Positions 1 through 7,391 of a stretch of 64,000 nucleotides of DNA are shown here, one piece after another. Each line of letters starts with the position of its first letter. Positions within the stretch are counted from its first letter, which is position 1. The position numbers and the translations under genes were made by a program. A model generated the notes under the pieces. That model ran no database searches and was not told the origin of the DNA. It saw nothing but the letters and a program-made list of their open reading frames with translations. Origin of the DNA: Parcubacteria bacterium GBS-2 (GTDB lineage Bacteria; Patescibacteriota; Minisyncoccia; Minisyncoccales; GBS-2); contig LEKP01000003.1 of assembly GCA_001443025.1 (NCBI GenBank), positions 22,652 to 86,651 on the forward strand, in the 5' to 3' direction.

Positions 1-249
1 TTTTTTGATCAGAAATTGAGTAAAGAGAAAAATTAAAAGCGAAATTGAAGTGTAAAAATAGAATGGTTTTTCAGAAAAGAGGTCAAGGAAAAAACCAGTA
101 AAAATTGCTAAAAAAAGCGAAGAATTTTTTGATAAAAAGAGAAGAGAAAGAAAAAGAGTAAAGAGAGCAAAATTAAATGGAAAAAAAGAAATGGTTTGAA
201 ATAAGATCAAAAAGAAAATCAGAATAAAAACGAAAATTTCTTTCTTCAT
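1..249 (-). CDS. mreD: MreD-like rod-shape membrane protein (start in window, 3' end runs off window start)
   Basis: Not in the ORF track because there is no stop in the window. The ATG at 247-249 overlaps the mreC stop (TAATG). Translation MKKEIFVFILIFFLILFQTISFFPFNFALFTLF... is uniformly hydrophobic. It lies directly downstream of mreC. Confidence 0.5.
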   Translation of the reverse strand, partial: MKKEIFVFILIFFLILFQTISFFPFNFALFTLFLSLLFLSKNSSLFLAIFTGFFLDLFSEKPFYFYTSISLLIFLFTQFLIKK

Positions 250-1037
250 TAAAAATTTAAAATTACGAAAAGATAATCTAAATTTTTTAACTCAAAATAT
301 GGTTTTAAAGTTGCTTGTGTAAAACCTGAAATATCAGATTCTTTTATCTCATCGATTTCACCAACCAAAATCCCATCTGGAAAATTTCCTCCTAGGACTG
401 AGGTAAAAACTTTATCACCAGGAAAAATTTCTTTTTCTTTTGGTATTAGCTCAATTTTCGCTTTAAAATTTCCTTGACCTTTTGCCAAAGCTTCTACTTT
501 TTCTTTGCCAATTTCGACATCGAACGAAAAATTTTTAAAAGTGAAAACTTTAACCTTTGAAAAATTAGAGTAAACTTTCATTACTTTCCCGACTAAAACT
601 TTTTCTGGCAAAATTACAACTTTTCCTTCTTCTATTCCATCTTTACTCCCTTTGTTTATCAAAAAAATGTCTCCTGAAACGTCTTTCCCTAAAAATTTTA
701 CCATCTTCAATTCAAATTCTTTTTCTAAACCTAAAGACAATGCTTTTCTTAAAGCTTGATTTTCTTTTTCTAACTCTCTTAAACTTTCTTTTTCAACGAT
801 TAGTTTTTTAATTTCTGCTTTTAAGCTTTCGTTTTCTTTTTTTAGATTCTTAATTTCGTAAATTGTATCAAGAAAAACTAAAATACTTTGTTGCGTTCTT
901 AGAAGAAATCTTTGAAAAGGAGAAAAAATGAAATAACTAAAATTTTTAATTTGGTCTCTTAACTGATAAAGTAAAAATGAAAGCAAAATCACAAAGAAAA
1001 CTGCTAAAATTGTTTTTCTTAAGGTCTCTTTTTTCAT
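249..1037 (-). CDS. mreC: Rod shape-determining protein MreC
   Basis: N-terminal TM anchor, then a coiled coil (LKKENESLKAEIKKLIVEKESLRELEKENQALR), then a beta-rich C-terminal part with VLVGKV and GILVGEI motifs typical of MreC. Confidence 0.8.
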   Translation of the reverse strand: MKKETLRKTILAVFFVILLSFLLYQLRDQIKNFSYFIFSPFQRFLLRTQQSILVFLDTIYEIKNLKKENESLKAEIKKLIVEKESLRELEKENQALRKALSLGLEKEFELKMVKFLGKDVSGDIFLINKGSKDGIEEGKVVILPEKVLVGKVMKVYSNFSKVKVFTFKNFSFDVEIGKEKVEALAKGQGNFKAKIELIPKEKEIFPGDKVFTSVLGGNFPDGILVGEIDEIKESDISGFTQATLKPYFELKNLDYLFVILNF

Positions 1038-1053
1038 TCACTCCATTATAACA

Positions 1054-1082
1054 GAAAATAAAAAAATGCCCAAAAAAGGGCA
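1054..1082 (-). terminator. Rho-independent terminator after 5S rRNA
   Basis: Minus-strand TGCCC-TTTTTT-GGGCA hairpin followed by a T-run (TTTTTTTATTTT), immediately 3' of 5S. Confidence 0.5.
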
Positions 1083-1096
1083 ATCTTTTCCAATTA

Positions 1097-1209
1097 ACGG
1101 GGGCTACCTACTTTCCCCGGGAGAAGTTCCCGAGTATCATCGGCCTTGGGGTATTTCACTTCCGAGTTCGGAATGGGATCGGGTGGGTCAACCCCAGCAT
1201 AGCCCCCAT
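1097..1209 (-). rRNA. rrf: 5S rRNA
   Basis: Minus-strand sequence carries CCCGATCCCATTCCGAACTCGGAAGTGAAA and a terminal helix GGGGGCTA...TAGCCCCC. GC-rich island in an AT-rich context. Confidence 0.85.
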
Positions 1210-1557
1210 TAACTGGAAAAGATGAGTTTTAACTGCTAGTCAAGAGCCAATTCGCCAATTAGTAGCGCTCCCCTCAATCCCTTACGGGACTTACAGGTGC
1301 GCCCTATCAAGGTCGTAGTCTCCAACCTGGCTCAAGGGGACCTAATCTTGGGGTGGGCTTCGAGCTTAGATGCTTTCAGCTCTTATCCCGTCCCGACGTG
1401 GTTACTGGGCTGTGCGGCTGGCGCCACAACCCATACGCCAGAGGTCAGTTGACCCCGGTCCTCTCGTACTAGGGGCCACTCCCCTCAAGTCCCCAGACGC
1501 CCGCGGTAGATAGGGACCGTACTGTCTCACGACGTACTGAACCCAACTCACGGGTCT

Positions 1558-1588
<31 letters not shown>

Positions 1589-2404
1589 GCTTCTCCACCC
1601 CCAGGATGAGACGAGCCGACATCGAGGTGCCGAACAGGGCCGTAGATGTGAACTCGCGGGCCCTACCAGTCTGTTATCCCCGGCGTAACTTTTGGCCGAT
1701 GATCTCCCCCCTTCCTACAAAGGAGGGTCGGTTCACTAGGGCCGGGTTTCCCCTCTGCTCTCTGCGTCCAGATCGCAGTCAGGCCGGCTTATGCCCTTGC
1801 ACTTTAAGGGCGATTTCCATCCGCCCCAAGCCGACCTTATGCGCGCCCTCGTTACTTTTTAGAGGGCAGATGCCCCATCTAAACTGCCTCGGTGGCACTG
1901 TTCCCACCTTAGCTTGGTTTTTGCCCTAAGCTAAAGTTGAGTTAGAACTTTAGCCTCCAGTGGCGGGTGTTCCATTGGCGGCTCCAGCAGGCCCGGAGAC
2001 CTGCCTTCATAGCCTCCCCGCTACGCTATGCACCAGAAACCAAAGTTCAATACCACCTAGCAGTAAAGCTGCCGGGGTCTTTCCGTCTAGCCGCGGGTAG
2101 GGTGCATCTTCACACCCACTGTATTTTCACCGGGCAGCTGGGGGAGACAGTTCCCCAGTGGTTAAGCCTTTCATGCAGGCCGGAACTTACCCGACAAGGG
2201 ATTACGCTACCTTCGGACGGTCAGAGTTACCGCCGACGCTTACCCGTGGCTTGAGCCGGTGAACTCCCAGAAAAACTCCAGGAATCCCCAGCCGTAACAC
2301 ACGGGCGCTGGTCAGGCCTCAGCCCCTATACATCAGCTTTCGCTTTTTAGCAGGGACCTGTGTTTTTGTTAAACAGTCCCCAGGGAAACTTTCGCTGCGA
2401 CCAG

Positions 2405-2552
2405 ACGCCTCGCTACCGCGAGCCGTAGTAATTAGTTGATTAGTAATTTAGCTGATTAGTAAATTAGCAAATAAATGCTAATTTACTAAAGGTCGCGAAA
2501 GCGACCGTACTAATTTACTAATTACTCCGCTTCGCGATAGCGAAGCGCTGGC
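2405..2552 (-). other. ~125-nt AT-rich expansion segment inside 23S (helix-63 region by alignment from memory)
   Basis: Lies between the conserved blocks CCGTAACTTCGGGAGA and CTGTTTAACAAAAACACAG. Contains reiterated ATTAGTAA words that fold back on each other, plus GC hairpins GGTCGCGAAAGCGACC and GCTTCGCGATAGCGAAGC. Confidence 0.6.
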
Positions 2553-3012
2553 AACCCATCTCCCGAAGTTACGGGTAGCTTTTTTGCCGAGTTCCTTCCC
2601 CAGCTTTCACCCGTTGGCCTTGGTATTCTCTACCAGCCCACCTGTGTCGGTTTGCGGTACGGTTACCTAGGAGTTAACCCTACGGGCTTTTCTAGGAAGA
2701 GGATTCATCAGGAACCCCGGAAAATCCGGCTGAGGGAAAGCCAATAATCCCTCCCAACTACTCCTCTTCGTCACCCTTCAGAACCCCTAGGTAGGGTGGG
2801 AATATTAACCCACTGCCCGTCAGGTGCGCCTTTCGGCTTCCCCTTAGGACCGCCTAACCCGTGGTCGATCACCGTTGCCACGGAAACCTTGGGCTTTCGG
2901 CCCCTGGGGCTTTCACCCAGGTTGCGGTTACTCATGCCAACATCCGCACTCGCCACCAGTCCACCAAGCCTCACGGCTTGACTTCAACCCGGTGGCGACG
3001 CTCCCCTACCAA

Positions 3013-3116
3013 CCACTGCTCCGCAGTGAAATTCCAAATCACAAAATCCAAATTCCAAACATTATTAATTTATGATTTGGTGCTTGGAATTTGGTGCTTC
3101 CATTGCGGAGCAATGG
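3013..3116 (-). other. IVS-like extended hairpin in the 23S helix-45 region
   Basis: About 104 nt replace the short hairpin between CACCGAAG... and ...GGTAGGGGAGCGT. The basal stem CCATTGCTCCGCAATGG / CCACTGCTCCGCAGTGG is near-perfect, and the AT-rich distal arm is self-complementary. Confidence 0.6.
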
Positions 3117-3801
3117 CTCCCCATCTTCGGTGGAGAGCTTAAGCCCCGTTAAATCTTCGGCGCAGGGTCCCTCAACTGGTAAGCTGTTACGCACTTTTTA
3201 AAGGATAGCTGCTTCTAAGCTCACCTTCCAGTTATCTAAGGGACCCCACTTCCTTCTTTTAGCACTTAGCCCTCACTTAGGGACCTTAGATTGGGGTCTG
3301 GGTTGTTCCCCTCTCGACCTAGGACCTTATCGCCCTAAGTCTGACTGCCAGGATGTTAGCAGATAGCATTCGGAGTTTGGTAGGAATATCTGGCAAAAAC
3401 CACGATATTCCTTCCAGTGCTCTACCGCCATCTGCAAACTCCTGACGCTATGCCCAAACATATTTCGGGGAGAACCAGCTATTCCCGAGCTAGTTTAGCC
3501 TTTCACTCCTTGCCCCAGCTCATCCCAAGGTTTTGCACAACCCACGGGTTCGGGCCTCCAGGAAGATTTCTCTTCCCTTCACCCTGGCCAGGGCAAGCTC
3601 GCTCGGCTTCGGGTCTCTCACCCTCCCCTAACGGGCTATTCACCCTCGCTTTCACTCTGCCTACGGGGGATCACCCCTTAGACATGGGGAGAATGAGAAC
3701 TCGTTGGCTCCTGCTCCAATAGGTACGCAGTCAGGGAGAATTTTCTCCCCTCCTGCTCCTTGTGAGTGGATGGTTTCAGGTTCTGTTTCACCCCCCTCAC
3801 C

Positions 3802-3835
<34 letters not shown>

Positions 3836-4538
3836 GCACTATCGGTGTGCGGGAGATATTTAGCCTTGGGAGGTAGTCCTCCCTGCTTCCCACAAGGTTT
3901 TCTTGGCCTCGTGGTACTCGGGGTATAAGACCTGAGAGTTCTCTCCCTTTCGCCTACGGGGCTTTCACCCTCTATGGCAGTCCGTTCCAGGATCTTTCGG
4001 CTAGAGAGAGAATTTATAACTCTCTGAGGATTTTCTCCTCCGTCTTACCCCCACAACCTCCCCCCAGATGTATATCTGGGGGGGTTTGGGCTCCTCCCTT
4101 TTCGCTCGCCGCTACTCAGGGAATACCTTTTGGTTTCTTTTCCTCCGGGTACTGAGATGTTTCACTTCCCCGGGTCTCGCCTCCCCAGGAATTCTCCTGG
4201 AAGGATGAGTGGGGTTTTCCCACCCAGGTTTCCCCATTCGGGAATCCCGGGATCACAGGTTGCTACGCACCTCCCCCGGGCTTATCGCAGCTACGCCACG
4301 CCCTTCATCGCTCCCCGCACCCAAGGCATCCTCCATCCACCCATAAAAGGCTCTTGACTAGCAACCAAAACCCACCTTTGACTCAGAAACCAAACAACCA
4401 ATTCCCTATTCACTTTTAAAGTTCTTCCATCAATCAAACAACCGCCTCGGAGGCGGTTGTTCCAAGAAATTAAGGAGAACTTAAAAATCTAACCGCCTCC
4501 TTTCAATCGATTCATAATTATTTCCTCCATCAATTTCA

Positions 4539-4566
4539 AATTTAACAAATCAAAAGAATTTGTCAA
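4539..4566 (-). promoter_or_regulatory. Sigma70-like promoter for 23S-5S
   Basis: Minus strand TTGACA (4561-4566), 16 nt, TAAATT (4539-4544). It lies just downstream of the preceding gene's stop and ~175 nt upstream of the 23S 5' end. A leader hairpin AACAACCGCC-TCCGA-GGCGGTTGTT sits at ~4437-4461. Confidence 0.45.
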
Positions 4567-4587
4567 GACCTTTAATTTCAGAAATTT

Positions 4588-5274
4588 TTATCTTTCAGAA
4601 ATTTTTTTTCTTATTTCTTCAATCAATTTTGCAGCTGCATCCTTTCCACCTAATCCAAAAGCTAATCCCAGTGCCAAAGAAATAGTACCGATCAACCCAA
4701 AAATCAAAGCATTAACAATCTGAGGAGTTACTCCAAGTTGAAGCAAAATCGCCAATGTAGCAAAAACATAAACTGCTCCTTTCACTAAAGTTCCAAAAAA
4801 TCCTGCATAGCCAACCTCTATTTTCTTTACGGACGCCTTAACTACTTTCTCTAAAATATCGGCAATAATAATCGCAACTACAAAAATTACCACTGCAACT
4901 ATTAAATTCGGTAGCCATAAAACTATTCCTCTTAAAAATTCGGCAAATTGAGTCAATCCTAAAATTTCAACTGCTGCTAACAGAAAAACGATCACTAAAA
5001 TCCATCTGAAAATTTCTCCAATGAATTCTGAGACAGCGACTTTAATTTCTGCTTTTTCTAATGCTTCTTTCCATCCAGCCCTTTCAAAGAATCTATCTAG
5101 CTTTATTTTCCTTAAAACCCCACCAATCATTTTCCCAATTACCAGGGCAACAAACCAACCAACGATAAATACAATCGTTGCTCCGATTAACTTTGGCAAA
5201 AAGAACAGAAAGCCCTTCCAAAGATTCTGCAAGGCTTCCAGAGTAATTAAGGACCAATTTTGAATCATTGTCAT
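4588..5274 (-). CDS. Small multi-pass membrane protein, mechanosensitive-channel-like (conserved TM-helix repeats)
   Basis: 228 aa with four or more hydrophobic helices and repeated charged linkers. Resembles the 'conserved TM helix' MscS-related family from memory. No search was run. Confidence 0.45.
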   Translation of the reverse strand: MTMIQNWSLITLEALQNLWKGFLFFLPKLIGATIVFIVGWFVALVIGKMIGGVLRKIKLDRFFERAGWKEALEKAEIKVAVSEFIGEIFRWILVIVFLLAAVEILGLTQFAEFLRGIVLWLPNLIVAVVIFVVAIIIADILEKVVKASVKKIEVGYAGFFGTLVKGAVYVFATLAILLQLGVTPQIVNALIFGLIGTISLALGLAFGLGGKDAAAKLIEEIRKKISER

Positions 5275-5309
5275 AAAATAAAAGGTTAATTTCGACCTTT
5301 AAAAATCTT

Positions 5310-5381
5310 TGGACCCGGTGGGATTCGAACCCACGACCTCCGCATTGCAAATGCGGCGTTCTACCACTAAACTACAGGCCC
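5310..5381 (-). tRNA. tRNA-Ala (anticodon UGC)
   Basis: Cloverleaf folds by hand: acceptor GGGCCTG/CGGGTCC with a G3:U70 pair, anticodon loop TTTGCAA, T-loop TTCGAAT, discriminator A. No encoded CCA. Confidence 0.95.
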
Positions 5382-5541
5382 AGTCGCTCGCCTCTCCAGC
5401 GCTATCGCACTGGCGCCCCGCCGTGAAATTTTTCACGCGGGGCTTCGGCTCGCTCTCCATAGGGGAAACCGAGGTTCCTCCCTCTCCATGGCGCTCAGAC
5501 ATCTCTTTAAAGGAGATTGTCTTCGCTGTCATCCCCTCTTT
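5382..5541 (-). ncRNA. GC-rich structured spacer between rpmG and tRNA-Ala (modules X+Y of a repeated tRNA-leader element)
   Basis: Module Y (5385-5443) matches 30799-30857 at 41 of the first 43 nt. Module X (5459-5484) is identical over 26 nt to 5873-5898. It forms three hairpins and ends 3-4 nt before the tRNA 5' end. Confidence 0.5.
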
Positions 5542-5703
5542 CTATCTTATTTCCTTGTGTATTGTATGTTTTTTACAAAATTTGCAGTATTTTTTCAACT
5601 CCAGTTTTTTCTTTCCACCTTTCTTTGATTTTCTTTTGTAATAATTTATTCTTTTGCACTCTGAACACTGAAGTTTTGTCAATTGTGATTTTTTCTTTGG
5701 CAT
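5542..5703 (-). CDS. rpmG: 50S ribosomal protein L33
   Basis: Absent from the track (53 aa). Hand translation: MPKKKSQLTKLQCSECKRINYYKRKSKKGGKKKLELKKYCKFCKKHTIHKEIR*. It has the two CxxC zinc-ribbon pairs and the LELKKYC...HT.HKE signature of L33. Confidence 0.85.
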   Translation of the reverse strand: MPKKKSQLTKLQCSECKRINYYKRKSKKGGKKKLELKKYCKFCKKHTIHKEIR

Positions 5704-5704
5704 G

Positions 5705-5776
5705 AGCCAGAGGTGGGAATTGAACCCACGACCTTTCCCTTACCAAGGGAACGTTCTACCACTGAACTACTCTGGC
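5705..5776 (-). tRNA. tRNA-Thr (anticodon GGU)
   Basis: Acceptor GCCAGAG/CTCTGGC, anticodon stem-loop TTCCC-TTGGTAA-GGGAA, T-loop TTCAATT, discriminator U. No encoded CCA. Confidence 0.95.
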
Positions 5777-5777
5777 G

Positions 5778-5862
5778 TGGGTGGGGCAGGATTTGCACCT
5801 GCGGAGGCAAAACTGCCGTCTGGTTTACAGCCAGACCCCTTTGTCTACTCGGGAACCCACCC
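5778..5862 (-). tRNA. tRNA-Tyr (anticodon GUA), class II with long variable arm
   Basis: Acceptor GGGTGGG/CCCACCC, anticodon stem-loop TCTGG-CTGTAAA-CCAGA, variable arm CGGCAGTTTTGCCTC. A single nucleotide separates it from tRNA-Thr. Confidence 0.95.
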
Positions 5863-5927
5863 TTTTCCCTCAATAGGGGAAACCGAGGTTCCTCCCTCAA
5901 TTGCGCTCCACTCACCCCTCCGCTTTG
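5863..5927 (-). ncRNA. GC-rich spacer between tRNA-Ile and tRNA-Tyr (module X copy)
   Basis: Contains the 26-nt block ATAGGGGAAACCGAGGTTCCTCCCTC (plus-strand 5873-5898), identical to 5459-5484. Folds as GGGAGGAAC-CTCG-GTTTCCCC. Confidence 0.4.
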
Positions 5928-5999
5928 TGGGCATGGTAGGAATCGAACCTACGACCTCACCCTTATCAGGGGTGCGTTCTACCATTGAACTACATGCCC
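5928..5999 (-). tRNA. tRNA-Ile (anticodon GAU)
   Basis: Acceptor GGGCATG/CATGCCC, anticodon stem-loop CACCC-CTGATAA-GGGTG, T-loop TTCGATT, discriminator A. Confidence 0.95.
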
Positions 6000-6010
6000 A
6001 CCACTTCTTT

Positions 6011-6039
6011 AATATAACTTTTTATCAAGTTTTTTGCAA
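6011..6039 (-). promoter_or_regulatory. Promoter of the tRNA-Ile/Tyr/Thr-rpmG-tRNA-Ala unit
   Basis: Minus strand TTGCAA (6034-6039), 17 nt, TATATT (6011-6016), 11 nt upstream of the tRNA-Ile 5' end. Confidence 0.5.
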
Positions 6040-6071
6040 ATTGATGATTCATTCTGATTTTTATTAAATCT

Positions 6072-6266
6072 TCAAAAATTCCTCTTTAGTCCAAAAACTT
6101 TTATTTTTTGATTCTCAAATTTCTTCAAAAATTCAAAACTTCCATCACTTGAACCATCGTCAACAAAAATAACTTCGTCTCCAAAATCAATTTCTTTTAA
6201 AACCTTAGCAATTTTGCCTACCCTTTCTCTTTCATTGAAAACTGATAAAATTGTAGAAACTCTCAT
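6072..6266 (-). pseudogene. Family-2 glycosyltransferase N-terminal fragment (64 aa)
   Basis: MRVSTILSVFNERERV...VIFVDDGSSDGS is the N-terminal Rossmann/DxD part of a GT2 enzyme. The ORF stops after 64 aa, whereas GT2 enzymes are usually over 200 aa. Confidence 0.55.
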
Positions 6267-6808
6267 TTTTCCAAAACAAAAATTTTCTTTTTTATCAAAA
6301 AATCTTTCTCTGAAATTAACTTTAAGCCAAGTTTTTTAAAAATTTCTTCCCACTCTTTTTTAGTGTGAAAATTAAATTTTGGAGATTTTCCAAAAAACAA
6401 ATTCCAACTTATCCAGTGAAAAAAACAATAAAGTTTTCCTAAAATTCCTTCTGGTAAATCTTCAAAAATAATTATTCTCTTTCCAACTCTTTTTGCCTCT
6501 TGCAAAATTGAAATTGGATCTTCTGTGTGGTGCAAAACAAAAGAAATTATTACTAAACCGAAAAAATTTTCAGGAAAAGGTATTTTTTTGCCATCGTAAA
6601 TTTTGAATGGAATATTGCAAACTCTTTTATCAACAATGTCTATTCCAATAACTTCTTTTTTCAATCTCTCTCTTATTTTTTCTCCTAAAATTCCAGAGCC
6701 ACAACCTAAATCCAAAATTTTCTCACCTTCCAAAAACTTCTCAATTTCATTTACCATCTTTTCTGCTGCAATCTCATAGAATCGCTGAAAAATCTTCCAA
6801 AAGCTCAT
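6263..6808 (-). CDS. Class I SAM-dependent methyltransferase
   Basis: Motif I ILDLGCGSGILG and the post-I acidic GIDI; 181 aa. Confidence 0.75.
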   Translation of the reverse strand: MSFWKIFQRFYEIAAEKMVNEIEKFLEGEKILDLGCGSGILGEKIRERLKKEVIGIDIVDKRVCNIPFKIYDGKKIPFPENFFGLVIISFVLHHTEDPISILQEAKRVGKRIIIFEDLPEGILGKLYCFFHWISWNLFFGKSPKFNFHTKKEWEEIFKKLGLKLISEKDFLIKKKIFVLEK

Positions 6809-7278
6809 TTTTTCTTTGAAAAGCTTCCAAAGACCAAATCTGGTATTAACTTTTTAAGATCTTTTGTAAAAATTTTTATCGAAAAATTCCAATCTCCACC
6901 GTTTAAAATGATTTCTTTTTCTCTCTTTATCGAATTGTCAACAAAAGTTTGGCATTTCCATAAATTCCCAAAAGGAGGAATCGCTCCCAGTTTTACTCCT
7001 TTTATTCTCTTTTTAATTAATCTTTCAGATGCCAACTCAATTTTTTCTTTATCTATTTTCTTTTTAATTTTTTTAAGATCAAGCTTTTTACTTGCTGGAA
7101 TTAAAACAAAAACCAAAGAATTATTCGCTTTTAAAATCAAGGTCTTTCCAACAATTTTTTCAGGAACTTTTAAAGTTTGAGATTTATCGAAAGCAGTAAA
7201 AACGGTTTTGTGTTTGATTATCTCGTACTTTACTTTTGCTTTCTCTAAAAAATTAATGATTCTTTTTGATACAGCCAT
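6805..7278 (-). CDS. YbaK/ProX-type aminoacyl-tRNA deacylase-like protein
   Basis: From internal Met (MAVSKRIINFLEKAKVKYEIIKHKTVFTAFD...GAIPPFG...ILNGG) the sequence resembles YbaK/EbsC-fold proteins. The track ORF's extra 64 N-terminal codons overlap the 16S trailer and processing stem, so I discarded them. Confidence 0.6.
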   Translation of the reverse strand: MAVSKRIINFLEKAKVKYEIIKHKTVFTAFDKSQTLKVPEKIVGKTLILKANNSLVFVLIPASKKLDLKKIKKKIDKEKIELASERLIKKRIKGVKLGAIPPFGNLWKCQTFVDNSIKREKEIILNGGDWNFSIKIFTKDLKKLIPDLVFGSFSKKK

Positions 7279-7288
7279 TCTTTTTAAA

Positions 7289-7316
7289 ATTTTACAAAAT
7301 AAAAAAGGCTTGTCAA
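7289..7316 (-). promoter_or_regulatory. Promoter of the ybaK-like gene
   Basis: Minus strand TTGACA (7311-7316), 16 nt, TAAAAT (7289-7294), 10 nt before the ATG at 7278. Confidence 0.45.
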
Positions 7317-7323
7317 TCAAGCC
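7296..7323 (-). terminator. Terminator-like hairpin after the 16S transcription unit
   Basis: Minus strand GGCTTG-ATTGA-CAAGCC followed by TTTTTTATTTT. It lies ~45 nt downstream of the 16S 3' processing-stem strand. Confidence 0.5.
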
Positions 7324-7365
7324 GTTCTGGTTATCTAGTTGTCTGGTTATTTGGTGGAATGGTTG

Positions 7366-7391
7366 GGAAAGTTCCTTTGAGTTGTCCCGAC
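7366..7391 (-). other. 16S 3' processing-stem strand
   Basis: RNA-sense GUCGGGACAACUCAAAGGAACUUUCC is complementary (25 Watson-Crick pairs + 1 G:U) to the leader segment encoded at 9391-9416. Confidence 0.7.

Noticed and set aside
5299-5988. ORFs spanning the tRNA cluster (5299-5532, 5309-5641, 5679-5915, 5702-6067, 5713-5988), and likewise 30694-30975
   Set aside because: They read through tRNA genes and the GC-rich spacers and have no start context. The real small gene here is rpmG (5542-5703), which the track misses.
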